64,000 bases of DNA from NCBI GenBank assembly GCA_028534125.1, contig CM052817.1:1118001-1182000 (forward strand). The letters are read 5' to 3'. The notes beneath the pieces were generated by a model. The model searched no databases. It was not told the DNA's origin and saw only the letters and a list, made by a program, of their open reading frames with translations. The DNA is from Lama glama (lineage: Eukaryota). This document shows, piece after piece, positions 1 through 12,030 of the stretch (position 1 is its first letter; every line of letters starts with the position of its first letter). Made by a program: the position numbers and the translations under genes.

Positions 1-495
1 TTATTTCCACATGAAACCTTGTACATGAATGCTCACAGCAGTATTATTCACAACAGCCAAAGGTGGACACAACCCCAATGCCCACCAGCTCATGAATGGA
101 TAAGCAAATGGAGTATCATTTGTTTGTTTATGCTGAAATACAAAGAATACATCATTCCACGGAATGCAATATTATTCAGCCATAAAAGGAATGAAGTACT
201 GACATGCACTCAACCTGGATGAAGCTTGGAAGCGTTAGGCTCAGTGAAAGGGGACAGGCGCTGTATGATTCCATTAACATGAAACGTCCAGAACAGACGA
301 ATGTGGAGACACAGAGCAGCCTTGTGGTTTCCACGGGGGACAGAAGAACAGGGTTTCTCTTTAGGGAGATGGAAACGTTCAAGAACTGGACAGCGATGAT
401 GGTTGCAAAACCTTGCGAATGGACTAAAACCCGCTGAATTCACTGTAAAAGGGTGAATTTTATGGTGTGTGAATTATATCTTAATTTTAAAAAGA
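1..495 (+). mobile_element. Old L1 (L1M-type) 3' end
   Basis: L1 ORF2-end/3'UTR motifs (cagccataaaaggaatgaagtactg, ggatgaagcttg, tatggtgtgtgaattatatc) and an A-rich tail. Confidence 0.85.
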
Positions 496-971
496 ATAAG
501 TGGTGCACACCAAGGAGAAGGGCCTTTCCCTGGGAGCAGCGGGCCTGGAGGAAGCGCCAGGACTTGGAGGCATGGGTCAGGGCTGTGCCACAGGCAGGCA
601 CGATCCCCGTAGAGCCTGTGAGCTGGGGCGGGGCGGGGGGGTGCTCAGGCAGGGCCTGAGCTGCTCTTGTTGGCTTCGGGCCTCAGCACCCACCACACCC
701 TGAGGAAAGGCAATCACTGTCCCAGACGGGAGGAGTTCCAGGTCTCAAATTGAAAGGAGAAAAGCCCAAGTAGGCAAAGTTTATTCCAACAAGCAATAAT
801 GACCGGCAGTGAGGACGAGCAGGGAGACAGTGCAGACTTGTTCTGCACCTCAGCGCACAGGAGGGCTCAGTGACTTCCCCCTCGGGCTGCTTCAGGCCCT
901 GGGCTTTGTCATCTGGGGGGAAGGCGGGACCTGCACCTTTCACTGTTCGATACTTCTACTCCCTTCTGCAG

Positions 972-1158
972 CAACTGCCTTCGCTTCTAGTGGTGAAGAG
1001 CGATCATTTCTTTCACAATTAGGAACCTCTTGGCATCCTAGTTCTCTGCTCCTCCAAAAGAGTAACTACTAGAGAAATGCATGATTTCTTTCTTACGAAA
1101 AGAGCTTTTGGAAGAACTTCAGGCTTTTGAAATCATGTCAGCATCCCTAAGGATCTGA
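972..1158 (+). pseudogene. GREB1-like relic segment 1 (weak match)
   Basis: Acceptor cttctactcccttctgcag|. ERSFLSQLG / E*LLEKCMISFLRKELLEELQAFEIMSASL resembles ENKDLEKLG..ENMILLTIQYLVRL..EFEQIMLKAM. Confidence 0.4.
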
Positions 1159-1184
1159 TAATATTATGAGCTCATGTATCTTAC

Positions 1185-1299
1185 CACTGTGAAGTCAGGG
1201 TAGAAAATACATCATCTCTTTCCGAGTCCTGGAATAACTTCAGAGGTTCTGGATCCCCAGATAAGTGTGCAAGGATGCGCAACTCGATCTGCAAAAAGT
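1185..1299 (-). CDS. POLN: POLN coding exon (115 nt), polymerase motif A
   Basis: TGACAG| (D)[37 protein letters not shown](W) |GTAAGA. Later exons lie left of the window. Confidence 0.95.
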
Positions 1300-1529
1300 C
1301 TGTCAGATAGAGAGCTCTGCTTAACTCAGGTCACCCACAATGTCCCTCGTTGTTGCGACCTCCCCTGGTGAAGCTCGACCCTCCCTCCCCAACGAAACAA
1401 GGTCAACATCCACACCTCCCACCTGCAGGGCCCTCTGGCCTCAGGGCTCCTGGCCATCCCTGTGTCTCAAAGTCCAAGAGAACTCTTCTGCCCTCGTGGG
1501 GCTGGCAGTGCCTCCAGGGTGGGCTGTAT

Positions 1530-1990
1530 CTATTCACCGCTTCATTCTGTATGTCAGAATTTTAGAAAGGGCCTACTGTGTGCCGGGCTGTGTGCTTGGG
1601 GTCCACTAGTGAACAAAACAGACAACAGTCCCTCCCACGTGGAGCCTATATTTGAGGAGAGGGAGGCAACTGGAGTGAAACATCTGGTACGCTAGACGGC
1701 GAGAGAGGGAGTGGAAAAGAGGTCAGGGTGGGGAGGCTCAGGGCTGAGTGTGGGTGGGTAAGGCGCTGTTATGAAAAGGGCAGCGGACACCTCATCAAGA
1801 AAGGGGTGTCCGCACTGTGGCACAGAGGTGGAGGGCTTGCGAGACGGTGTCGGGGGAAGGGGTCCAGGCAGGGCTGGCGGTTGCTGGAGGACAGCAGAGT
1901 GACCAAAGCAGCTGCGGCAGGTGAGCAAGCTGTAGCGCCCGAGGTGCCCAGGCCGGTGCGGGGGCGGGCAAACTGAGCGGGACGGGGAGG
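1530..1990 (+). mobile_element. L2 relic
   Basis: gcctactgtgtgccggg..gtgaacaaaacagacaacagtccctccc..ggagcctata is typical L2 3' sequence. Confidence 0.6.
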
Positions 1991-2213
1991 CGCGGCTGGG
2001 GTCTCCGTGGTAAAGTGAAGGGACCCAGAAAGCCTGCCTGTTCTTACTTCCTGCCCATAAGAAATCTGTGCTTCATGTAAATATTTGCCTTAGGATTTAA
2101 AGCATGAGTTCTACACGCACCTTTGAATCACTCAGTGTTCGAGAGTCTGAACTATATGACTCACGTTAAGTGAGCTCCAAGGACACACACACCCTGCCAC
2201 GGCTCACACGTAC

Positions 2214-2291
2214 CTGCTGATAGGAAGGTGCGGCCTTCGGATGAAACAAACGCGGTCCTCGGAGAGATGGTGAGGATTTCGTCTTCTTTAC
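2214..2291 (-). CDS. POLN: POLN coding exon (78 nt)
   Basis: ATTCAG| (G)[31 protein letters not shown]. Confidence 0.95.
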
Positions 2292-2501
2292 CTGAATCGT
2301 TATTTCAAGAGTACTTGGTGAGTTTGGTCATGAGCGGGTTCGTAGCTACTCCTCGTACAAAGTTACTTAAACGTCATTCGAAAGTTAAGAGCCTAGATCT
2401 CTGATTTTTCTGAGTATTTTTATTACTGTAATTTTAAAGTGTCGTGTTACTGCTGGAAGTACACTAGACTTTCTGTTGCTAACATTTCCTGTTCTCTCTA
2501 G

Positions 2502-2947
2502 AACTCTTAATGAAGTAAAGGCCAGGCACTGACACGTGGCTGTGTTCCAGCAAGAGCCACGCAGAGACCCAGCCTCACTGCCTGGAAGCTCTCCTCCGGC
2601 GAAGCACACGTCCCAAGATGTTCCACTGGGAGGACTTTAAAGGGCTGTGGGAAGCCAAGCCGCTCACGCTCGCCCTCCATGGTCCTGGTTAAGCGCAACT
2701 ACGAGTGTTTTAACCAAGACTGCTCCTCGCTTCACTGTTTGGCTGTGGCCCTCGGGAAGCAGCAGTTCCCAAGCAAAGGGCGGTGGGGGGGGCACAGAGC
2801 CCTACTCTGCTCACATCGGACCTTTATCTTCTTCAGAAATTTAACCGTCGGCATTACGGTGGAATAGCTTATGAGAAAGGAGAGCGTTACTATGTTTTTA
2901 TAAACATTTCCAGTAATTTTCAGACTTAAATAGAAGCCAGTTCTATT
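2502..2947 (+). pseudogene. GREB1-like relic segment 2
   Basis: Strong acceptor ctaac..tttcctgttctctctag|. One frame gives LRVF*PRLLLAS (cf. FHIYQPQLTVAR) and GGIAYEKGERYYVFINISSNFQT*IEA (cf. [25 protein letters not shown]). Donor-like |gtatgt. Confidence 0.65.
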
Positions 2948-3239
2948 GTATGTCTGTCTTTCCTGTGTTGGGAAGACGGTGGGGGAGGGTTGGTAGGAGG
3001 GAGCCGCTCCCCTTGTGTAATTACCCTCTATTTTAACTTATGAACTGCTGAAAGGGAGGCACCACATCACACAGCTGCGTTTTACTTTTCAATGTACATT
3101 TAAATCCTGGTCATGCACATTCAGAGGGGAATTTCAGGAAAGAAAAGCAGTTAGTTATATAGAGAAGCAATTACAAACATTCGTAGGTTTTTAAAAAATG
3201 TTACCCAAGATTTTAGCAAAATAGAAAGAAATGTGTTAC

Positions 3240-3297
3240 CTTTAAAATTCTGAGGTTTAGTTATTTGAATTGGGTGCTTGGAGATACCTTGGATATT
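3240..3297 (-). CDS. POLN: POLN coding exon (58 nt), following a ~27 kb intron
   Basis: TTAACAG| NIQGISKHPIQITKPQNFK |GTAACA. Confidence 0.95.
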
Positions 3298-3502
3298 CTG
3301 TTAATAAGAAGAGGAAAATTGCTTCAGTTGAAAAATCTGCTCTTAACTTAATCTGAACCATTTAATGGTATATAAAATGTGTCACATTTTACTAAATTTT
3401 AACAAAATAACTAATGCCAGTGTATTACGCATAAGTGTATTGATACTCAATACAAGTAATACTGAAAGATAATTTTGGTGGGTGTAAACCAAGTACTGTC
3501 AG

Positions 3503-3575
3503 CAAACATGAGAACAGTTCTTTATGACTCTAGACTCTCCCTTATCATAACTGTGTACAGTGATTCAGGAGCCTG
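3503..3575 (+). pseudogene. GREB1-like relic segment 3
   Basis: NMRTVLYDSRLSLIITVYSDS resembles [20 protein letters not shown], which directly follows the segment 2 match in GREB1L. Confidence 0.5.
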
Positions 3576-3756
3576 AATTACGACCTTAGCTACCTTAACG
3601 TTCCTAGAGAATATGCTGAGCGCAGGGTTCTGTGGAATCTGTGTCCTTAATTTCCTTTAAACACGCACTTTAAGACGGCTATTTGGGGGCCTCCGCTCTA
3701 ACCGAGACGGCTGCTCTCGGCACTTGGTACTGCTCTCTGGCTCAGTGTTTGCTAAT

Positions 3757-5540
3757 GGTACCCATTCTACACGATCCCTGCCGGGAAACAGAAGACGAAG
3801 GAATACTTCCCAAGTCATTTTATGAGGCCAGTAATATCCTAATAACAAAACCGGACAAAGACATTTCAAGAAAAGAAAACTACAGACCGATGTCCCTCAT
3901 GAATACAGACACGAAAATCCTAAACAAAATACCAGCAAGTCAAATCCAGCAACAGGACAGTCCCTCACGACCCAGTGGGCTCAGTCCCCCAGTGCCAGCC
4001 GTGGCTGGCTCAACATGTGAGAACCATTACTGCCGCTCCCCGCACTAACAGGTTAGAGAAGAGTCACTTGATCATCTCAACAGAAAACACATTTGACAGA
4101 ATTAAATATCCGCTCATGAGAAGAACTCCTCTCAGCAAACCAGGAACAGGAGGGAGCCTCCGACAGGGCCAGGAGGGCGGGGGCAAAACCCAAAGCTGCC
4201 ATCATCCTTGACAGCGGAGCAGTCAACGTACTCCCCTTAAAACCAGGGATAGGCAAGGGTGTCCACTGCCAACACTCCTAGCCAGCCCAGACCGGAGGTC
4301 CTGGTCAGCTCAACAGGGCAAGAAAAGGCAATAAAAAGCACTGAGTGTCGGGGGGAGGGCACAGCGCGGGGGCAGAGCGGGTGCTAGCATGCACGAGGTC
4401 CTGGGTCCAGTCCCCAGCACCTCCCCCAAATATAAATAAATAAACGTAGTTACCTCCCTCACAAAACAAACAAACAAACAAAGACATTAAAAAAAAAAAG
4501 CATGCAGTGCAACGGAAGAAACAGATGGGCCTTGCTCACTGAAGATGTGACTGTACATAGAGGATCCCATGGAAGCTACAAAGACGCTTCCCAGAACTAG
4601 TAAGTACGTTGCCCAAAGCATCAACATAAAGTCAATGCACAGAAATCAATTTTACGTCCACGTAGTGCCAATGACTAATTGGACACTGAAAAGAAATAAA
4701 CAATACCATTTATAACAGCACCCCAGGATGTATTTAGGTACAAATCGGTATGTTGAAAACTACAGAATCCTGATCAAAGAAATCAAAGAACCCCTAAATA
4801 AACAGAAAGCTACACTGTGTTCATGGATTAGAATACTCAACATTAAAACGCCAATGACTCCCAAACTGATCTATAAATTCAGTATAATCCCAGTAAAATG
4901 CCAGCAGGATTTTTCATAGCTGTTAACAAGCTAACTCTATAATTTACGGATCATAAGTATAAATGTAAAGTGTAAAACTCCGAAGCTTTTAGAAGAAAAC
5001 TTAAGAGAAAATCGTTGTAATGTTGTGCTAGATACACACCGACAGCACAGCGTGGTCCACGAAAGGAAGCAGCAAAAAGCTGGACTCCATCAAACTTCTT
5101 TGCAAATCACAGTGGATTCAAAATATACAAAGAGCCCCAGGAAACCTCAGCAATGGAAGGCACCTCCAGAACGGCGGAGTGAGGAGCTTGCCGACTCACT
5201 CCACGAGTCTTACCCTGACGCCAAAGCCAGATACCAAACACAATATCCTTCATAAGCAGACACAAAGATCCTCAACAAGACACAGGCACCCTGAATCTAG
5301 TGACATGCAAAACGGGGCACATGCCGTGACCAAGTGTGGTTTATCTCCCAAGTGCAAGGCTGGTTTACAATCCAAAAATAACATAAAACATCAGATAGAA
5401 TAAAGGACAAAAAACACACCATCATCACAGTAGAACATTAAACGAGTTCGACAAAACCCAACACTCGTTCACATTAAAATATCTCAGTTAACCGGGAAAA
5501 GAAGGGACTTTTCTAATCCTAATAAAGAACATCTACAAAA
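3757..5540 (+). mobile_element. Fragmented L1 ORF2 relics carrying a SINE
   Basis: Translation [42 protein letters not shown] (L1 ORF2). Confidence 0.9.
4349..4499 (+). mobile_element. tRNA-derived SINE (camelid Vic-1 type)
   Basis: tRNA-like head (..gcatgcacgaggtcctgggtccagtcccc), AT-rich tail with taaataaac..ttacctccc, then (AAAC)n and poly-A. Confidence 0.85.
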
Positions 5541-5679
5541 TGTACTCTTTTTCATTAATTCTGGTGTCTAAAGCTGTACAAAACAGGATGTGTTCTCTAT
5601 CCAACAGCATGTCAAACCAGGGTCAGACCAGGCTGTAACTCATGCACCCAGCTGCAAGCTGTTGGCAAGCACATCCTGA

Positions 5680-6451
5680 CACCAGGGTCATCTGGCAAAC
5701 AAGCACACGATTGCTAAAATTATCCCCCCCAACACCTAGAACATCAGTCTTAATGCAAGTTGCTTTACCGACAGAAAAAGGGATAAGTTAAGTTTCCTAC
5801 TTGTCTTCAGAAGGCAGTAAAGTGTAAATTGATTATCTTCAGATGATTATTTTTAAATGAACATGAAGGAAGCTTTTAATTAAATGCCATTTTTTGTTTT
5901 ACAGTACAATAAGTAATAGAATGAGAGAAATTTCATTAAATGTCTAACTTATTTGGCACACTTTGTTAACTGTGTTCCATAATTTGAACATTTTAAGGAA
6001 AGTTAAAATGTGTATTTTGTCCTTTGACCGTACAGAAGAGCGCATCCTAAGAAGGCACTTGAAGGTTTTGGCTCTTTTTCCCTCCCCCATTGCCGACAGG
6101 TACCAGACCACCCCCCGGGGGCTCCCACTGATCTCAAAGGCTCTTCTCTGTTACCCCGCCGGCCATTCTGTCCACAGTGACCCGCTGAGGCAGGAATGAC
6201 AGCTTTGGCCTCTGACTAGGGCAGAGACCCTCCACCGTGAGTGCTGTCTCACTGTCAAGCTGCAGGGACAGAAGAGGACGGGCAGTCCCTGTAAGGCAGC
6301 CCCACACAGCCAGGTAAGAGTGCGGCGCGCGCACTGCAGGCTAGAGAAACTAAAGTCGCTGAGTGAGAAAACGCAAACTATTTTCAACCAGAAATGCATT
6401 TATGAAGTGTCCCAAATATGTCTAGAGAGAAGGGTTATTAAAATTAAATAA
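5680..6451 (+). pseudogene. GREB1-like relic segments 4-5
   Basis: GHLANKH..NISLNASCF (cf. HGLADRV..LLVLQVSSF). 5963-6451 is one frame with a single internal stop: SKALL, TRAETLH, GQKRTG, VRV..LSEK..IYEV (cf. SEALM, STPETLS, GKNKSG, IRV..LQEV..RFEI). Confidence 0.65.
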
Positions 6452-6549
6452 ATCAGCTGTTTAATGTAGAACCAGAACATTTTGATGCAGAGCACCAAAA
6501 ACATCTACGGAATTTTCTGTTATACTGAGTGTTTTCTTCAATAAAAATA

Positions 6550-9500
6550 ACCTTTTTATGTTGTAAGAGTTTCACTGAGAAGTTAGGAAGGTGGCACAGG
6601 GAGTCGCCACATGCCCCTCTCCCAGTTTCCCACATTGCAAGCATCTCCTGTTTCTAGGGTGTTTTGACACAACTAAGACACCAATGTCGATACATTATTG
6701 TCAACTCCATACTTTATTTGGACTTCACCAATGTTCACCTGATGTCCTTTTTTTCTGCTCCAAGACCCCAACCAGGACACCACATCACACTCAGTCATAT
6801 GTGTCCTTAGGCTCCACTTGGCTGTGGCAGCGCCTCAGATTTTCATGTCTTTCATGACCTTGTTTTGAGGAGTATAGGTCAGGCAGATTACCCCTCCCCT
6901 GGGATTTGCTTGCTGTTTTTCTCATGGTTAGACTGGGATTATGGGCTTTGAGAGGAAGACCACAGCGGGACAGACAGGCCACCTGACCCTCCTTGGTGAT
7001 CCTGGCTCTCCTCTCCTTTAAAATTTTTTGGTATCGTTCACAGAACATTGTATTAGTTTTACACGCACAATGTAATGATTTGATATTGCAAAATGATCAC
7101 CACAAAAAGTCCAGTTGACATCTGTCACCATACTTACTTTTTCTTGTGATAATTTTCAAGATCCACTTTCCTAGCTCCTTTCAAATATGCAACACAGTAT
7201 TATTAAGTATAGCCACCATGTAGTACCTTACATCTCCATGACTGATTCCTTTCGTAACTGGAAATTTGCACCGTTTGACCCCTTCACCCCCCCACCCCCC
7301 CATCTACCTCGTCAGGCAACCACTAACCTGTTTTCTATACGCATGAGTTCATTTTTTTTTAAAGATTCCACATGTAAGCGAGATCATACGTTATTTATCC
7401 TTTTCTGTCATATCTATTTCACTTAGCAGAATGCCCTCAAGGTCCATCCACGTCATAAATGGCAAGACTTCATTCTTTTTCCATAACTGCATAATATGTA
7501 TAATATTTTATCCATTTTCTTTATCCATTCATCCATCAGTGGACACTTAGGTTGTTTCCATGTCATGACCATTGTAAATAATGCCACGATGAACGTGGGG
7601 TGCGCATATCTTTTCAAATTAATGTTTACATTTTCTTCAGATAAGCACCCAGTGGAGTTGCTGGATCATACGGTAGCTCTGTTTTCAGGTTTTTGAGGAA
7701 CCTCCGTACTGGTTTCCACGGTGGCTGCACCAGTTTCCACGCCCAGCAACAGTGCGTGAGGGCTCCCTCTCCTCCACACCCTCTCCGGTATTTGTTGTTT
7801 CCTGCCTTTTTGATAACAGCCATTCTAACAGGTGAGAGGCGGTATCTCATGGTGGTTTTGGTCTGCATTTCTTTGATGATCTATTGACATCGAGCATCTT
7901 TTCAGGTACCTGTTGCCCATCTGTATGTCTTCTTTTGAAAAATGTGCACTCAGACCTTCTGCCCATTTTTCAAATTGGTTTGTTTACTACAGAGTTGCAT
8001 GAGTTCTTTGCATATTTTGGATACTAACTCCTTATCACATATGCGCTCTGCAGACATCTGCCCATCTGGCAAGTCGCCTCTGCCTGTTGTTAATGGTTCC
8101 TCTGCTGCGCAGAAGCTCATTTGCTTCAGGTGGTCCTGCTTGTTTACTCCTGCTTTTGTTGCCTTTGCTTTTGGTGTCAGATCCAAAAACTCATCGCGAA
8201 GACCAGGGTCACGGAGTTGCCGCTGATGCCTCCTTCGAAGCATTCTGTGGCTTCGGGACTTGTGCTTGAGCCTTTCGCCCACTCTGAGCTGACTCCGTGT
8301 GTGTGTGGGGGGGGCAAGCATCCAGTTTCACTCTTCTGCGTGCTGCTGGCCAGTCTGCCCAGCTCCACTGAGTGAAGAGACTGCTGTCCTTTCCCCATCG
8401 TATATTCTTGTACATATATCTGTTGTAGATTAACCGACTGTAGACACTTGGGTTTATTTCTGGGCTCTCTATTCTGTTCCGTTGATCTATGTGTCTGTTT
8501 TTATGCTAGCACCATATTGTTTTGATTACTATAGGTTTGTAATATAGTTTACAATCAGGGCAAGTGATGCCTCCAGCTTCATTCTTCTTCGTCAAGATTG
8601 CTTTGGCTATTTGGGGTCTTTTGTTGTTCCACACAAATTTTAGGATTGTTTATTTCTGTGAAAAACGTCATTGGAATTTTGATTGCATTGATTTATAGAT
8701 TGATTTGGGTAGTATGGATATTGTAACAATATTAATTCTTCCAATCCATGAGCACAGAATCTCTTTCCATTTATTTGTGTCACCTTCAGTTTCTTTCATT
8801 AAAGTCTTAGTTTTCAGTGTATAGTTCTTTCACCTCCTTGGTTGAATTTATTCCTAGCTATTTTACTCCTTTTGATGCAATTGTAAATGGGATTATTTTC
8901 TTAATTTCTTATTCTGATAGTTTGTTATTAGTGTACAGAAACACAACAAATTTTTATATCGATTTTGTATCCTGCAACTTTATTGAATTCACTTATTAAT
9001 TCTAAAAGTTTTTCCGATGGAGTCTTCAGGATTTTCTACATATAGCAGCATGACATTTGCAAATTGTGACAGTTTTACTTCTTCCTTCCCAATTTAGATG
9101 ACTTTTATTTCTTTTTCTTGCCTAACTGCTCCAGCCAGGACTTGCAGTACTATGTTGAATAAAAGTGGTGAGAGTGGGCATCCTTGTCTTGTTCCTAGCC
9201 ACAGAGGAAAAACATTCAGCTCTTCACCACTGAGTATGATGTCAGCTGTGGGCCTGTCATGTGTGACCTTTATTATGTTGAGGTATGTTCCCTCTACACT
9301 CGCTTTGCTGAGTTTTTAATCATAAATGGATACTGACCTCCTTTTTTTAAAATAAAATTTAATTTTCAAATAGTTTTAGATTTAGAGATAAACTGTGAAG
9401 ACAGCAGAGTGCCAATACACCCCTCCCCCAGTTCTCCCACCTTATTAACATCCTACATTAGTACGGTTCATTGGCCACAGTTAATGAACCTAGTATTGAC

Positions 9501-9995
9501 ACGTTATTATCAACTAGAGCCACACGTGACTCACATTTCCTCAGTATTTCCCCGATGTCCGCTTTCTGTTCCGGGACCCCACACAGCATTTAATCATCAC
9601 GGCCCCTAACTCCTCTGGGCTGTGACGGGTTCTCAGACCTTCCTTGTTTCTGACGACTTTGACAGTTTTGAGGAGTGCTGGTCAGCTACTTTGTAGAATG
9701 TCCCTCACCTGGGGTTTGCCTGATGTCTTTCTCACGATTAGACTGGGGACACGGGCGTTGGGGAGGAGGGCTGGAAAGGTAAAGTGTCCGTGTCACCACA
9801 TCACAATAGCACGGTTCCTGCCAGCAGACAATTCTCCACTTCCGACGCTGCCCTTGACGGCCCGGCTGAGGTGTGCTTGCTCAGGTCCTCCACCGTAAAG
9901 CTACTTCTCCCTCCTCCTTCCACGTGGCACTCCTGGGAAGACGTCACGATGCACAGCCCACTCAGCCTGGGGAGCTGTGCCCCGCCTCCTTGAGG
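6550..9995 (-). mobile_element. L1 cluster: ~2.3 kb L1 3' portion (~7020-9335) flanked by older L1MC/MD-type 3'UTR pieces
   Basis: Minus-strand translation [21 protein letters not shown] (ORF2 C-terminus); T-rich starts are reverse poly-A tails. Confidence 0.85.
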
Positions 9996-10177
9996 GCGAG
10001 CACCTACGTAGGTTAACTCCAAGGGGGACTCATCCACTTTCGGAAGGCCAGGATTCGGTCTGAGTTCACTTTGCACTGCTCCCCTTCCCAGGACTGCATG
10101 GCGCAGAGGCACTTAATAAACATTGGGTGGATGGATGCAGCAGAAATCAGGAATTAAGTTAAAATGGCCATTTACAC

Positions 10178-10360
10178 ATGTGCATTCAATTTGTGATGGC
10201 TGATATGGTTTGGATGACCCCCATCTCACTCATGCAGCAAACACTCCTTTTTAAGCACTTTGTGTGTGCTGGCGCTGCTGGAAGTAGGGACCCCATCGAT
10301 TTAACAGCTTTGCAAGTGTACGAAACAACCTCACTGGGAAAAGTTGCTGATGGGAAATGA
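10178..10360 (+). pseudogene. GREB1-like relic segment 6
   Basis: VWMTP..[16 protein letters not shown] resembles EWIP..LPCIVILTGKDPLGET. Confidence 0.55.
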
Positions 10361-10499
10361 CTGGATTCTGGAGGGCAGAAGGCAGAAGGCAGAAGGCAGT
10401 GCACAGAGTCACTGTGCTCTAGTTTATAAAGCTGTTTTCCACAGCCGCCCGGGGGAACCATTCTGAAACCACTGTACACGTGCACTGAAGATGAACAAC

Positions 10500-11340
10500 T
10501 GAGTAGGTAATGGGGGATGGGGAAGCGGAAGCCAGGCTTCTCATGTTGGGACAGGGAGGAGGCCAGAATGGTCCACATGGAGACGGACTGCAGATGGAGA
10601 CCTCAGGATGGGCTCCTGTTCACCTTCACACAGATGCAGATGGTTACATATAGAAATGTTCATAGACACGTGTGCATACACAGGTTAGTGTACACACACA
10701 TCCCCCCACTCTGTCAGCTGAGAGGACCTGGGAGCAATGACGCCCGGGCCCCAAGAGCACACCTGGCACTCAGGTCTTGGCCTCTCACACTGTCTCCAGT
10801 AAAAGCAACCAGGGCTCCTTGAGATATGGCTGATTCTAGGGCGGGGGCAGGAAATATACAAGATGAGCCTGGAGCATCTGTAGTGCCCGAGAGTAAGGAA
10901 GTGACACACACACACACACACACACACTGAAGAGGTGCAGTCAAAGGAGGAGCCAGCTGAACGAGCCCCCACTAGCCAAAGCTGGAATAATCTGAACAAC
11001 AAATACTGCCGGATTGGATTATAACTCAAAGGACAGAACAAACATCCACGAGATCGTGCGATGTAAGTAAGTGACTGGATAAATAAATAAAATTCTTGTC
11101 TAGTTTGGGAGACATACCCCTAAATGACACGTGCCAGGTTCTAGTGAACAATACTGAGAGAGCCACAGGGAAATTCCATGGGTGCGCTGTGGGGGAGTAG
11201 AGGGAAGTCAGACACGGCAAGCCTCCAGGAAGCGAGGGGACAGGAAGCAGTTTCAGAGCCATGTCATCTTCTTTTGTCATTGTCCTTCGGGGCCCACCCC
11301 TCAAGGACTTTATGGAAATGGGGGTGGGCCCACACCACGC
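10500..11340 (+). mobile_element. L1MD/MC-type 3'UTR relic containing (CA)n at ~10904-10927
   Basis: Characteristic motifs gagcctggagcatctgtagtgcc and ggattataactcaaag. Confidence 0.6.
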
Positions 11341-11417
11341 TCTCCACGGATCACACCTTTCCCATTTCTCTGTGAACATCTGCTCATGTACATGGGGTTC
11401 CTGTCCACAATGTACAG

Positions 11418-12030
11418 GAAAGGCTTCTGCACGTGTTACCATGGCAAAGTCCTTAACCAGAAAAGGCCCCGTCTCTGCAGCCTCGTGCACAAGAGAACAC
11501 TCATGCATGTGTCCGCCTGGGTGAGCCGTGAATGCGCACGCGTGTGTGTGATCAAAGACCAAGGGCCATCAGAGTGACTGTGGTGGGGATGTGACAACCA
11601 GCGAAGAGCCGTCCCATGGGGTGACAGTCTGAATGTGGCGAAGCCCGTGGGCAGCGCCCAGCACCCTGGGCACAGATGGAAGCCTGGTAGTCACAGCCCA
11701 AGACAGCATCCAAGGCAGACGTGACTCTAGCGAACGGACGCTGTCCAAGACCAAAACCAGACACAGCGCCCAGGAGGAGCTGTCCGTCTCGGAGGAGGAA
11801 GCAGAAGGAAACGATAGCGACTTGTAGGTGTCACGCTGGCAGGAGGGCTGGACTCCCCGTTAACCTCCTCAGGGGAGGGCTGACACCAAGTGGTGAAACG
11901 GATGTTTCTCCATGCAGAAGCAGCAGAGTCAGTGCACGTAACGCGTGGGAGTCAGTCGTTGCCGACACGGCATCAGCAGTCCCCTCGCGCGGCCCCTCAG
12001 TGGAAACGTGGGCCTCCCAGTCCATGGGCC
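11418..12030 (+). pseudogene. GREB1-like relic segment 7
   Basis: tacag| ..AWVSRECAR (cf. CYVSKEVIR); QEELSVSEEEAEGNDSDL (cf. QERAAVSENDSDEL); SAVPSRGPSVE (cf. SAVTGTSGSIME). Confidence 0.55.
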
